DNA of 64,000 bases from Candidatus Gygaella obscura (GTDB lineage Bacteria; Omnitrophota; Gorgyraeia; Gygaellales; Gygaellaceae). Where the stretch lies: contig JAVCCR010000031.1 in the NCBI GenBank assembly GCA_030765485.1, positions 17,359-81,358 of the forward strand, in the 5' to 3' direction. The translations under genes were made by a program, and so were the position numbers. Below the pieces are notes generated by a model. The model was not told the origin of the DNA, made no database searches, and saw nothing but the letters and a program-made list of their open reading frames with translations. Positions 29,670-39,003 of this stretch are shown here, in pieces. Position 1 is the stretch's first letter. The number at the start of each line of letters is the position of its first letter.

Positions 29670-31177
29670 TGAATAATAAGGTTTATATTTTTGATACTAC
29701 CTTGCGTGATGGTGAGCAGGCTCCAGGAGCTAGCCTAAATGAGCAGGAAAAACTGGAGATTGCTTTCCAGCTGGAGAGATTAGGTGTAGATATTATTGAG
29801 GCGGGTTTTCCGATTTCGTCAAAAGGCGATTTTAATTCCGTTAAGCTTGTCGCATCAAGCCTTAAGAAAACAAAAATCTGCGCTTTAGCCAGGGCAACCA
29901 AGAAGGATATTGATGCTGCAGCGTTGGCTTTAAAACCTGCTGTTTCCGCGCGTCTGCATGTGTTCTTGGCAACTTCCAAGATACATATGAAGTATAAGCT
30001 AAAAAAAGCAGAAGAGGAAATTTTGCGTCTGGCTGTAGAGTCAGTAAAATATGCTAAGAAAAAATTCAGTGATGTAGAGTTTTCACCTGAAGACGCCTCT
30101 AGGACCGATAAAAGCTTTCTGTATAAAGTGGTAGAGGCAGTTATTGACGCAGGGGCAACTACAGTTAATATCCCTGATACCGTAGGTTATGTTGAACCAG
30201 AAGAATTCGGCACGCTTATTCATGATATATTCAACAATGTTTTTAATATCCATAAGGCCATTGTTAGCGTTCATTGTCATAATGATTTAGGTCTTGCTGT
30301 TGGCAATTCATTAAGTGCTGTAAAAAACGGGGCAAGGCAGGTGGAGTGTACTATTAATGGTATTGGAGAGCGTGCTGGTAACGCTGCCATGGAAGAAATC
30401 GTTATAGCCATAAAAACCAGACAAGATATTTTTAAACAGTTAAAGACTAATATTGACACTAAAAGTATAACAAAGGTGTCAAGGATTGTTAGTAAACTTA
30501 CCGGTTTTCCCGTTGCTCCCAATAAGGCAATAGTAGGCGCTAATGCCTTTAGGCATGAATCAGGGATACATCAGGATGGTGTGTTAAAGGAACGTTCTAC
30601 CTATGAGATTATAAGACCAGAGGATGTAGGCTTTAAGGAAGAAAGTCTTGTTTTGGGTAAACATTCAGGAAGACATGCCTTTAAAGAGCGTTTAAAATCA
30701 TTGGCAATAAAGTTGAGCGATAAAGATCTTGAGCGTGCTTTCAGTATGTTTAAGCATCTGGCAGATAAGAAAAAAACTGTTTACGATGATGATCTTATTG
30801 CTATTGTTAATGAACAGATTAGACATATTCAAGACAGATGGCAGCTTGTATCTTTTAAAATAACCAGTGGTACTGGCTTAACTCCTCAAGCCGAAGTAAG
30901 ATTAAAATATAAAAATAAAGAGATGTCTAAGATATCTTCTGGCGACGGTCCTGTTGATGCCTGCTGCAAGGCAATTGACAAGATTACCGGTAAGAAATCA
31001 AAATTACTAGAGTATAAACTCGGGGCAGTAACCTCGGGTAAGGATGCTTTGGGTGAAGTAAATGTGCGGGTTAGAGTCAATAAAGATATAATAATAGGTC
31101 GAGGTACAAGTACAGATGTTATTGAAGCTTCAATTAAAGCATATCTAAACGCAATTAATAAATCTTTCCGTGCCTAA
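29669..31177 (+). CDS. leuA: 2-isopropylmalate synthase
   Basis: 502 aa. 'IFDTTLRDGEQAPGASL', 'HCHNDLGLAVGNSLSAV'. C-terminal LeuA dimerisation/regulatory domain. Confidence 0.9.
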   Translation: MNNKVYIFDTTLRDGEQAPGASLNEQEKLEIAFQLERLGVDIIEAGFPISSKGDFNSVKLVASSLKKTKICALARATKKDIDAAALALKPAVSARLHVFLATSKIHMKYKLKKAEEEILRLAVESVKYAKKKFSDVEFSPEDASRTDKSFLYKVVEAVIDAGATTVNIPDTVGYVEPEEFGTLIHDIFNNVFNIHKAIVSVHCHNDLGLAVGNSLSAVKNGARQVECTINGIGERAGNAAMEEIVIAIKTRQDIFKQLKTNIDTKSITKVSRIVSKLTGFPVAPNKAIVGANAFRHESGIHQDGVLKERSTYEIIRPEDVGFKEESLVLGKHSGRHAFKERLKSLAIKLSDKDLERAFSMFKHLADKKKTVYDDDLIAIVNEQIRHIQDRWQLVSFKITSGTGLTPQAEVRLKYKNKEMSKISSGDGPVDACCKAIDKITGKKSKLLEYKLGAVTSGKDALGEVNVRVRVNKDIIIGRGTSTDVIEASIKAYLNAINKSFRA

Positions 31178-31617
31178 TGGGCAATAGATACTTTGCTAAA
31201 ATATTAATTTCTAGTTTAATAATTTTGATTGTTGTTATTTTTTTAAACCAAGCCTCCATCAGAAACGCTTTTCAGAACTCATCCTCTTTTTTGGAAACAG
31301 CTAAAGATAATTTTTCTTCTCAGTTTGATAAAAAAAGATCAGCACCTATTACTTTGATTGAGAAAGAAGAAAATCTTAAAATATTTATGGGTGCTTTGGT
31401 GCATAATTTTACCCAAGAGGACTGGGATAATTTCTGGGTCATTATCTACGGAATGCAGGAAAGAGAGTCGGACAACCCATTTTTACCAAAACAATTGTAT
31501 CAATATAGCATACAAGAAGCCCAGGATGAATTAAGGCGTATGTTTCCTAATAGTTTTGGTAAATTAGGTTCGCAGCATTGGTCATATGTCTGGAAAGAGA
31601 TAATAAAAATCAACTAG
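31177..31617 (+). CDS. Hypothetical membrane-anchored protein
   Basis: 146 aa. N-terminal TM 'ILISSLIILIVVIFL'. No motif. Confidence 0.4.
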   Translation: MGNRYFAKILISSLIILIVVIFLNQASIRNAFQNSSSFLETAKDNFSSQFDKKRSAPITLIEKEENLKIFMGALVHNFTQEDWDNFWVIIYGMQERESDNPFLPKQLYQYSIQEAQDELRRMFPNSFGKLGSQHWSYVWKEIIKIN

Positions 31618-31618
31618 T

Positions 31619-32581
31619 ATGAATGATAAAAAAAGAATTTTTGGTCTTATAGGTTATCCTGTAGATCATAGTCTTTCGCCAGTTATGCATAATGCAGGTT
31701 TTAGAGCGCTTGGTATAAATGCAGAATATAGATTGTTTGAGGTGTCTGAGGAGAGGTTGAAAGATTTTCTTATTGGCGAAGGAGTGTTTTCTGATATCGA
31801 GGGTAATGAATTTAATGCCCAAGATATAGAAGGTTTTAACATAACTATTCCATATAAGGTAAGAGCAAAAGAGATTCTTGAGAAACTTGTTGATACAAAA
31901 AAGATGCTTAAAACAATTCCACAGGAAATAAATGCAAACAAATACGGAGCAGTAAATACAGTCAGAAGAAAAGACGGCAATATCGAATATTGTAATACCG
32001 ACGGAAAAGGCTTTTGGATGTCTTTATGGAATGATTTAGAATTCGATAGTAGAAATAAAACTGTTATTGTCTTTGGCTGTGGAGGAGCAGGCCGAACGAT
32101 AGGATCAGCTTTGAGCATGTATAAAAATAACCATGTTAATAAGTTATATATGTATGACTTAAATCCCACAGCAGTTGATATGGTAAAGAGCCATTTTGAT
32201 TATTTAGCTAATTATGAAAATGATGACAAAGATATAATAAAAAGGATAGAGTTTGTTGATAAAAAAGATATTCCTTCAGTTTTAAATGGCTGTGATTTAT
32301 TAGTTAATGCTTCCAGTCTTGGCATGAAAGAGAATGACTCCTCGGTAGTTGATAAGCAATTTCTGCATAAGGGCTTATCTGTTTATGATATAATATATCA
32401 TCGAAAGACTCAGCTTCTAAAGGATGCTGAAAGTGTTGGTTGTAAGTGGGTTGATGGCAGAGGTATGCTTTTATATCAGGGTATAGTTGCTTTTATTTGG
32501 TGGTTAGGCCCGAAAGATAATACACATGCTGAGCCTATGAAGCAGGCTTTATACGATGTATTGGATAAAGGAAATAAATAA
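31619..32581 (+). CDS. aroE: Shikimate dehydrogenase (long form)
   Basis: 320 aa. 'IFGLIGYPVDHSLSPVMHNAGF' substrate-binding N-terminus. Rossmann 'VIVFGCGGAGRTIG'. Confidence 0.8.
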   Translation: MNDKKRIFGLIGYPVDHSLSPVMHNAGFRALGINAEYRLFEVSEERLKDFLIGEGVFSDIEGNEFNAQDIEGFNITIPYKVRAKEILEKLVDTKKMLKTIPQEINANKYGAVNTVRRKDGNIEYCNTDGKGFWMSLWNDLEFDSRNKTVIVFGCGGAGRTIGSALSMYKNNHVNKLYMYDLNPTAVDMVKSHFDYLANYENDDKDIIKRIEFVDKKDIPSVLNGCDLLVNASSLGMKENDSSVVDKQFLHKGLSVYDIIYHRKTQLLKDAESVGCKWVDGRGMLLYQGIVAFIWWLGPKDNTHAEPMKQALYDVLDKGNK

Positions 32582-33397
32582 ATGTTTAATACAATTATTA
32601 TGTTTTTATTTGGGTTAATTGTGGGAAGTTTTTTGAATGTTTGTATTTTCCGCATGCCCAGGGGGATTTCAGTGGTAAAGCCCAGATCATTTTGCCCGAA
32701 TTGTAAGAAGATGATCCGCTGGTATGAGAATATTCCTTTGTTAAGTTATATCGCACTGCGCGGTGAATGCCCTAATTGTAAAGCTAGAATTAGTTTCCGT
32801 TATTTTTTTGTTGAGCTGATTACTGGAATTGGGTTTTTAGCACTTTATTTTGAATTTTCTTTAACCTTGGAGTTTTTTGCAATCCTAGTATTGATGTCCG
32901 GTCTTATAATTGCTACTTTTGTAGATATAGATTTTCGTGAGATACCGGATGAGGTTACTATGGGCGGAATGGTAGTGGGGCTTTTATTCGGGCTGATAAA
33001 AAGTTTTACAACCGGTTTTAGTTTAAGTTGGAATCTTCCAATTGTAAAGTCGCTTGTGGGTTTACTTGTTGGTGGAGGGGTTCTTTATCTTACTGGACTT
33101 TTTGGTAACTTTTTATTTTTTAAGCTCATGAAAAGAGATAATATTGACGGAGAGACGGAAAGCATGGGTGGGGGAGATATAAAACTTCTGGCTATGATCG
33201 GCAGTTTCCTAGGTTGGGAAATGGCATTATTGGTATTTTTTATTGCTCCCTTTATAGGTTCTTTTGCAGGAATCTATGAATTAGTAAAGAAAAAAAAACA
33301 TACGATTCCTTATGGTCCGTCTATTGCCTTAGCGAGCGTGATTTCAATTTTCTGGGTAGATAGAATCGTATTTTGGCTTTTTGGCATTAGAATGTAA
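32582..33397 (+). CDS. pilD: Type IV prepilin leader peptidase (A24 family)
   Basis: 271 aa. N-terminal tetra-Cys zinc site 'CPNCKKMIRW...CPNCKARI'. Catalytic Asp regions 'TFVDIDFREIPDE' and 'GGGDIKLLAMIG'. Confidence 0.85.
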   Translation: MFNTIIMFLFGLIVGSFLNVCIFRMPRGISVVKPRSFCPNCKKMIRWYENIPLLSYIALRGECPNCKARISFRYFFVELITGIGFLALYFEFSLTLEFFAILVLMSGLIIATFVDIDFREIPDEVTMGGMVVGLLFGLIKSFTTGFSLSWNLPIVKSLVGLLVGGGVLYLTGLFGNFLFFKLMKRDNIDGETESMGGGDIKLLAMIGSFLGWEMALLVFFIAPFIGSFAGIYELVKKKKHTIPYGPSIALASVISIFWVDRIVFWLFGIRM

Positions 33398-33417
33398 TTT
33401 TATTTAAGGAGGATGAA

Positions 33418-34458
33418 ATGTTAAGGTATCTGACCGCTGGCGAGTCTCATGGGAAATGTCTTGTGGGGATTTTAGAAGGTATGCCTTCGGGTGTAAAAAT
33501 AGATGAGAAAAAGATAAACAGCGAACTTGAACGCAGGCAGTCTGGTTATGGCAGGGGCCCGCGCATGAAGATAGAGTTTGATAAAATAGAAGTTTTATCC
33601 GGCGTAAGAAGATTAGCTACAATCGGGTCTCCCATAGCAATGATGATAAAAAATAAGGATCACTCCATTGATATGTTGGAGGGTTTTTCTAATCCTCGCC
33701 CAGGGCATGCGGATTTACCAGGTGCATTAAAGTATGGTTTTAGCGATATGCGTAATGTCCTAGAACGTGCATCAGCAAGAAAAACCGCAATTGATGTTGC
33801 TATTGGTGCAATTTGTAAACAATTAATCAGTAATTTTAAAATATCTTTATCCAGTAGGCTCGTAAGCGCAGGCGGACAAAATTCTATTTCCAAAATTCAT
33901 AAGGCGATCGACATTGCAAAAAAGAACAAAGATACCCTTGGGGGAGTGTTTGAGGTATCTGCTAAGGGAGTTCCTGTAGGTTTAGGTAGTTATGTGCATG
34001 CAGACAGGCGCCTTAATGCAGCAATTGCAGCATCTTTAATGGGCATACCGGGAATAAAGAGTGTTGAGTTTGGTTTGGGAATTGTTTTTGCTGAAAAGTT
34101 AGGTTCTGAAGTTCATGATGTTATAACATATGCAAAAAACAAAGGTTTTTACAGGAAAACTAATAATGCCGGAGGTATTGAAGGTGGAATGTCCAATGGA
34201 GAAGATATAATCGTACGTTGCGCGATGAAACCCATAACTACTTTATCTAACCCATTAGATAGCATAGATTTAAGGACAAAGAAAAAGACTAAAGCAACAG
34301 TGCAGCGTGCTGATATATGTGCGATTGAAGCTGCAGGAGTAATTGCCGAAGGTCTTCTTGCTTTTGAATTAGCAAAGGTTTTTATGGAAAAGTTTGGCAG
34401 CGATTCTTTGGTTGAGATAAAGAACAATTTTCAAAGCTATATAAAGAAAATCCGATAA
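33418..34458 (+). CDS. aroC: Chorismate synthase
   Basis: 346 aa. 'LRYLTAGESHGKCLVGILEGMPSG', 'GRSSARETA-like ERASARKTA'. Confidence 0.95.
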   Translation: MLRYLTAGESHGKCLVGILEGMPSGVKIDEKKINSELERRQSGYGRGPRMKIEFDKIEVLSGVRRLATIGSPIAMMIKNKDHSIDMLEGFSNPRPGHADLPGALKYGFSDMRNVLERASARKTAIDVAIGAICKQLISNFKISLSSRLVSAGGQNSISKIHKAIDIAKKNKDTLGGVFEVSAKGVPVGLGSYVHADRRLNAAIAASLMGIPGIKSVEFGLGIVFAEKLGSEVHDVITYAKNKGFYRKTNNAGGIEGGMSNGEDIIVRCAMKPITTLSNPLDSIDLRTKKKTKATVQRADICAIEAAGVIAEGLLAFELAKVFMEKFGSDSLVEIKNNFQSYIKKIR

Positions 34459-34482
34459 TTTTTGGCCAGGTTCGACAAATAG

Positions 34483-34513
34483 GCCCCACTATTTTAGTGG
34501 GGCAGTTTTTTTT
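34483..34513 (+). terminator. Rho-independent terminator (9-bp GC-rich stem, T8 tail)
   Basis: gccccacta-ttt-tagtggggc followed by agtttttttt, immediately after the aroC stop. Confidence 0.65.
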
Positions 34514-34539
34514 GACATAGGTTTGTAACTATGTTAAAA
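34511..34539 (+). promoter_or_regulatory. Consensus sigma70 promoter (TTGACA-17 nt-TAAAAT) driving aroK-dprA-topA-xerC-LPS operon
   Basis: ttgaca (34511-34516), 17-nt spacer, taaaat (34534-34539), 11 nt upstream of the aroK ATG. Overlaps the T-tail of the preceding terminator. Confidence 0.55.
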
Positions 34540-34549
34540 TCATAGCATT

Positions 34550-35059
34550 ATGAAAAATATCTATTTAGTAGGTTTTATGGGGACAGGTAAAACCGCAGTT
34601 GGCCGTATTACAGCCAGACTTTTGTCCAGAGATTTTGTGGATTTGGATATTTCAATAGAGACTTTAGAGTCAAGTAGCATTAATGATATTTTTCGCAAAA
34701 AAGGCGAAGTGTTTTTTAGAGATTTAGAAACCAAGTATCTTAATGACGTTTCTCAAAAAAATAATCTTATTGTTGCCTGCGGAGGCGGGATTGTTATAAA
34801 AAAAGATAATATCGATATTATGAAAAATACCGGTTTAGTTATTTGTTTAAAAGCTGATGCTTCTGTTATTTTTGAAAGAGTTAAATTAAATAAAAATCGT
34901 CCTCTTCTAAACGTAGAAGAGCCGTTAAAAAGGATAAATGAGCTTCTTGAAAAAAGAAGATTCTTCTATGGGCTTTCAGATTTCCAGCTAGATACGTCTA
35001 GCCTTAGCGAAGAACAAGCAGCAGGTATGATAGTTGAAATTGTAAAGAATAATGAATGA
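34550..35059 (+). CDS. aroK: Shikimate kinase
   Basis: 169 aa. P-loop 'LVGFMGTGKTAVGR'. Confidence 0.85.
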   Translation: MKNIYLVGFMGTGKTAVGRITARLLSRDFVDLDISIETLESSSINDIFRKKGEVFFRDLETKYLNDVSQKNNLIVACGGGIVIKKDNIDIMKNTGLVICLKADASVIFERVKLNKNRPLLNVEEPLKRINELLEKRRFFYGLSDFQLDTSSLSEEQAAGMIVEIVKNNE

Positions 35060-36179
35060 TAAAGAAGCTTTTATATTATTGAACATGGTTTCTGGTTTGG
35101 GGATTAAGAGACTTAATCTTTTATTGGAAACTTTTGGTTCAGCTGTTGCTATTTTAACATCAAAACTTGAAGATCTGCAAAAGCTTCCTTCAATCGGTTT
35201 TAATATCGCCTTAGGTATAAGGAAAGTAAATGACACTCAATTGCTTGAGCAGGAATTTAAACTGATTAGGGATAATTCGGTTGTTGTGCATAATTTTTTT
35301 GATGATGAGTATCCCTTTTCTTTAAAACAGATTTATGACCCTCCGATATTGATTTACAGAAAAGGAAAAATTGGCACCTGCAATAATGTAGGTGTTGGTA
35401 TAGTTGGTTCTAGGAAAGCTTCAAGTTATGGTTTAAAGATGGCTAGGGATTTTTCCTCTAAATTGGCAGAGGCTAAGATAGTTGTTGTTTCTGGCTTGGC
35501 TCGGGGTATTGATACTGCATCTCATAAGGCTGTTTTAGAGTCAAGAGGAGCTACGGTTGCGGTTTTAGGAAGCGGTTTGGCAAATATATATCCTGTGGAA
35601 AATAAGGCTTTGGCTGAACAGATAACAAAGACTGGTGAATTGATTTCTGAATTTCCTATGAAGGAAATTCCCAAGGCGAATAATTTTCCTAGAAGAAACC
35701 GTATTATCAGCGCTTTGTCTAGAGTTGTTTTGGTAGTTGAGGCAGCGCAAAAAAGCGGTGCCTTAATTACTGCAGATTTTGCCCTTGAGCAGGGAAAAGA
35801 TGTCTATGCTGTTCCTGGGGATTTGGATAATCCTAATTCTGCAGGGACTAATAATCTTATTAAGCAAGGTGCTGGGTTGATAGAAAGCGCAGAAGAATTA
35901 TTAAAAGAATTAAGTCTTGATATAAAAAAGGATCTGGATAGAAAAATAGATAAAAACAAAAAAGGATTATTTACCAGTATGTCTTTAAGTGAAGAACAGC
36001 TTAGGGTGATTAGTATTCTATCGGATGATCCTGTTGATATGGAAAATATTGTTCAAGCGGTTAAAATAAACCCAGACAAGCTGATGGATACACTTATACA
36101 GCTGGAAATGAATAATCTTATTAAGCAGCTTCCGGGTAAACGTTTTGTATTAAAAAAGGAGTCTTTTTTATATGAGTAA
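35052..36179 (+). CDS. dprA: DNA-processing protein A (Smf)
   Basis: 375 aa. 'GIVGSRKASSYGLKMARDFSSKLAEAKIVVVSGLARGIDTASHKA' Rossmann-like DprA core. C-terminal winged helix. Confidence 0.85.
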   Translation: MNDKEAFILLNMVSGLGIKRLNLLLETFGSAVAILTSKLEDLQKLPSIGFNIALGIRKVNDTQLLEQEFKLIRDNSVVVHNFFDDEYPFSLKQIYDPPILIYRKGKIGTCNNVGVGIVGSRKASSYGLKMARDFSSKLAEAKIVVVSGLARGIDTASHKAVLESRGATVAVLGSGLANIYPVENKALAEQITKTGELISEFPMKEIPKANNFPRRNRIISALSRVVLVVEAAQKSGALITADFALEQGKDVYAVPGDLDNPNSAGTNNLIKQGAGLIESAEELLKELSLDIKKDLDRKIDKNKKGLFTSMSLSEEQLRVISILSDDPVDMENIVQAVKINPDKLMDTLIQLEMNNLIKQLPGKRFVLKKESFLYE

Positions 36180-38136
36180 AACACTGGTTATCGTTGAGTC
36201 TCCCACAAAAGCAAAGACAATCCAAGGCATTTTAGGAAAAGATGTAAAAACAATACCTAGCATGGGTCACATTATTGATCTTCCTCAGAAACAGATCGGT
36301 ATAGAAGTTGAGGATAATTTCAAGCCGACTTATACTGTTTTAAAAGGAAGAGCTAAGGTCCTGCAGCAGATAAAAAAAGCTGCCAAGGATGCGGATAAAA
36401 TTTATCTTGCCACTGACCCTGATAGAGAGGGCGAAGCTATTGGTTGGCACTTAAAAGAAAAATTAAAGCTGAAAAAGAAATATTTTCGTGTTATCTTGCA
36501 TGAGATAACTAAGCCGAGTATAAAAGAGGCGTTTGCTCATCCTGAGGAGCTTGATCTAAACAAAGTTAAGGCTCAGCAGACCAGAAGAATATTGGATAGG
36601 CTCGTAGGGTATTTTTTAAGTCCTTTTCTCTGGCGTAAGGTTGCAAGGGGTTTAAGCGCTGGAAGGGTTCAGTCAGTTGCTTTACGTTTAATAGTAGAAC
36701 GGGAGCGTAAGATTACTGAATTTAAACCTAAAGAATATTGGCAGATAGAGGCACAGCTAAATAAGAAAAAAGGTAAAGGAAAGTTTATTGCGAAATTAAA
36801 CAAGATTAACGGTGCTAATTATGAATTGCAAAACGAGACGGAAACTAAAAAAGTAACCGACGATATAAAAAATAAAGATTTTAAAGTTGTAAAGGTTGTG
36901 CTTAAACAGAAAAAACGATACGCCTCAGCACCTTTTATCACAAGCACTCTTCAGCAGGAAGCTTTCAATAAGCTTAGGTTTATTGCTAAAAGGACAATGA
37001 TGGTTGCCCAACAGCTATATGAAGGGATTGAGCTTCCTAAAGACGGTTCAGTTGGTCTTATTACTTATATGAGAACAGATTCTACCAGAGTGTACCAACC
37101 TTTTATTGATCATGCCAGGAACTTTATTGCAGAAAAGTTCGGTAAGGAATATCTTCCGGAAAAGGCTAATTATTTTAAGGTTAGAAAGACTGCTCAGCAG
37201 GCGCACGAAGCTATAAGACCGACGTCATTAGAAAAGACGCCTGATTCAATAAAGGAATTTTTAACCCATGATCAGTTTAGGCTGTATCAGCTTATTTATA
37301 ATAGGTTTTTAGCTAGTCAGATGAATCCAGCCAGGTTTAATGCTACAAGTGTAGTGATAAATGTCGGTATCTATGAATTTAGCGCAAGCGGACAGATATT
37401 GTTATTTGACGGCTTTTTAAAGCTTTATAATATTGAAGATGATGAAAAACAAGATAACAACAAAAATAAATTACCTGTTTTAAGCGAAAATGAATTATTA
37501 GATCTTGAGAAATTGCTTCCGCAGCAGAGTTTTACAAAGCCGCCTGCAAGATTTTCCGAAAGCTCACTTATCAAGATTTTAGAAGAGCTGGGAGTAGGAA
37601 GACCGTCTACATACGCACCGATTATACAGACTTTGGTAATACGTAGCTATGTCCATAGACTTAGAGGATATTTTGAGGCAACGGAATTAGGTATGACAGT
37701 TAGTGATATTTTGGTTGATAATTTTCCAAAGGTAATGGATGTGAAATTTACAGCTGGGCTTGAGGAAGAGCTTGATCAAATAGAGGAAGGTAAAATTGAT
37801 TATTTGAAAGTGTTGAATGATTTTTATACTCCTTTCAAGGAAAACTTAGATTATGCAAAAAAACACGTGAAAAAAGAGGTTATTACTGCTGACGAGAATT
37901 GTCCGCAGTGTGGAAGCGTACTTGTTTATAAATGGGGTAGGCGCGGACGCTTTTTAAGCTGTTCTAAGTTTCCTACGTGTAAATTCTCTAAATCCATAAC
38001 TACCGGCGTTAAGTGTCCGTCGGAAGACTGTGATGGCGAATTAATCCAGAGGCATTCTAAAAGAGGCGTATTTTACGGATGTTCTAAGTTTCCCAAATGC
38101 AGGTATATTACAGATAAGCTTCCTCAGTCGGAGTAA
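36172..38136 (+). CDS. topA: DNA topoisomerase I
   Basis: 654 aa. Toprim 'TLVIVESPTKAKTI', 'DPDREGEAIGWH', active-site Tyr region 'GLITYMRTDSTR'. Two C-terminal C4 zinc ribbons. Confidence 0.9.
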   Translation: MSKTLVIVESPTKAKTIQGILGKDVKTIPSMGHIIDLPQKQIGIEVEDNFKPTYTVLKGRAKVLQQIKKAAKDADKIYLATDPDREGEAIGWHLKEKLKLKKKYFRVILHEITKPSIKEAFAHPEELDLNKVKAQQTRRILDRLVGYFLSPFLWRKVARGLSAGRVQSVALRLIVERERKITEFKPKEYWQIEAQLNKKKGKGKFIAKLNKINGANYELQNETETKKVTDDIKNKDFKVVKVVLKQKKRYASAPFITSTLQQEAFNKLRFIAKRTMMVAQQLYEGIELPKDGSVGLITYMRTDSTRVYQPFIDHARNFIAEKFGKEYLPEKANYFKVRKTAQQAHEAIRPTSLEKTPDSIKEFLTHDQFRLYQLIYNRFLASQMNPARFNATSVVINVGIYEFSASGQILLFDGFLKLYNIEDDEKQDNNKNKLPVLSENELLDLEKLLPQQSFTKPPARFSESSLIKILEELGVGRPSTYAPIIQTLVIRSYVHRLRGYFEATELGMTVSDILVDNFPKVMDVKFTAGLEEELDQIEEGKIDYLKVLNDFYTPFKENLDYAKKHVKKEVITADENCPQCGSVLVYKWGRRGRFLSCSKFPTCKFSKSITTGVKCPSEDCDGELIQRHSKRGVFYGCSKFPKCRYITDKLPQSE

Positions 38137-38138
38137 TT

Positions 38139-38999
38139 ATGCAGCGTTATCTTGAAAAATTCCTGAGATATCTTGAAATAGAGAAGAACTATTCTTCCCA
38201 TACCCTGCTTAATTACGGAATAGACCTTAAAGATTTTACAAAATATATTGCTGAGACGCCGCTTGAGAAGGTAAGCTATCTTATCTTGAGAAAATACCTG
38301 GCACTGCTTAAAGAAAGAGGTCTTAAAAACAGATCTATTGCCAGAAAGCTTGCTAGCATTAGGAGTTTTTATCGTTTTTTAACTAGAGAAGGCTATGTTA
38401 AGGAAAATCCTACTCTTGTATTGGCAAGCCTTAAATTGGATAAAAAGCTTCCTCTTTTTCTAACTGAAGAACAGATGAATAATTTAATTGAGGCTCCGGA
38501 TTTAAAAAGTAAGCTTGGTTTAAGGGATAAGGCAATACTGGAGTTACTTTATTCAACAGGGATGCGTATAGGTGAGATGACGGCTTTAGATATTGATGCC
38601 GTAGATTTTATATCCGGAGTAATCAAGGTTGCCGGTAAGGGCAAAAAAGAGCGGCTTGTTCCTGTTGGCGATAAGGCAATAGAAGTACTTAGACAGTATC
38701 TTGATAAACGAAAGAAGCAGTCAAAGAAGCTTTTTCTGAATAAAAACAATACCCCTTTAGGCGCAAGGGGAGTAAGGGTTATCCTTGATAAATATATTCG
38801 TTTAACAGCGATTAAAGAGAAAATATCTCCACATACATTAAGACATTCTTTCGCAACTCATTTATTAAATAGGGGGGCTGATTTAAGGAGTGTCCAGGAA
38901 TTATTAGGGCATGCAAATATTGCTACAACCCAGATTTATACACATCTGACTACTCAGCGCTTGAAAGAAGTTTATAACAAGGCGCACCCGCGGGCATAA
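38139..38999 (+). CDS. xerC: Tyrosine site-specific recombinase XerC/XerD (chromosome dimer resolution)
   Basis: 286 aa. 'HTLRHSFATHLLNRGADLRSVQELLGHANIATTQIYTH' catalytic R-H-R-Y box. Sits in the conserved dprA-topA-xerC neighbourhood, so chromosomal rather than phage integrase. Confidence 0.85.
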   Translation: MQRYLEKFLRYLEIEKNYSSHTLLNYGIDLKDFTKYIAETPLEKVSYLILRKYLALLKERGLKNRSIARKLASIRSFYRFLTREGYVKENPTLVLASLKLDKKLPLFLTEEQMNNLIEAPDLKSKLGLRDKAILELLYSTGMRIGEMTALDIDAVDFISGVIKVAGKGKKERLVPVGDKAIEVLRQYLDKRKKQSKKLFLNKNNTPLGARGVRVILDKYIRLTAIKEKISPHTLRHSFATHLLNRGADLRSVQELLGHANIATTQIYTHLTTQRLKEVYNKAHPRA

Positions 39000-39003
39000 A
39001 TTT

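Noticed and set aside
38139-38999. Tyrosine recombinase as a possible phage/ICE integrase marking a mobile element
   Set aside because: It sits in the conserved dprA-topA-xerC chromosomal arrangement with housekeeping and LPS genes on both sides. There are no att-like repeats and no phage genes, so it is the chromosomal Xer dimer-resolution recombinase.
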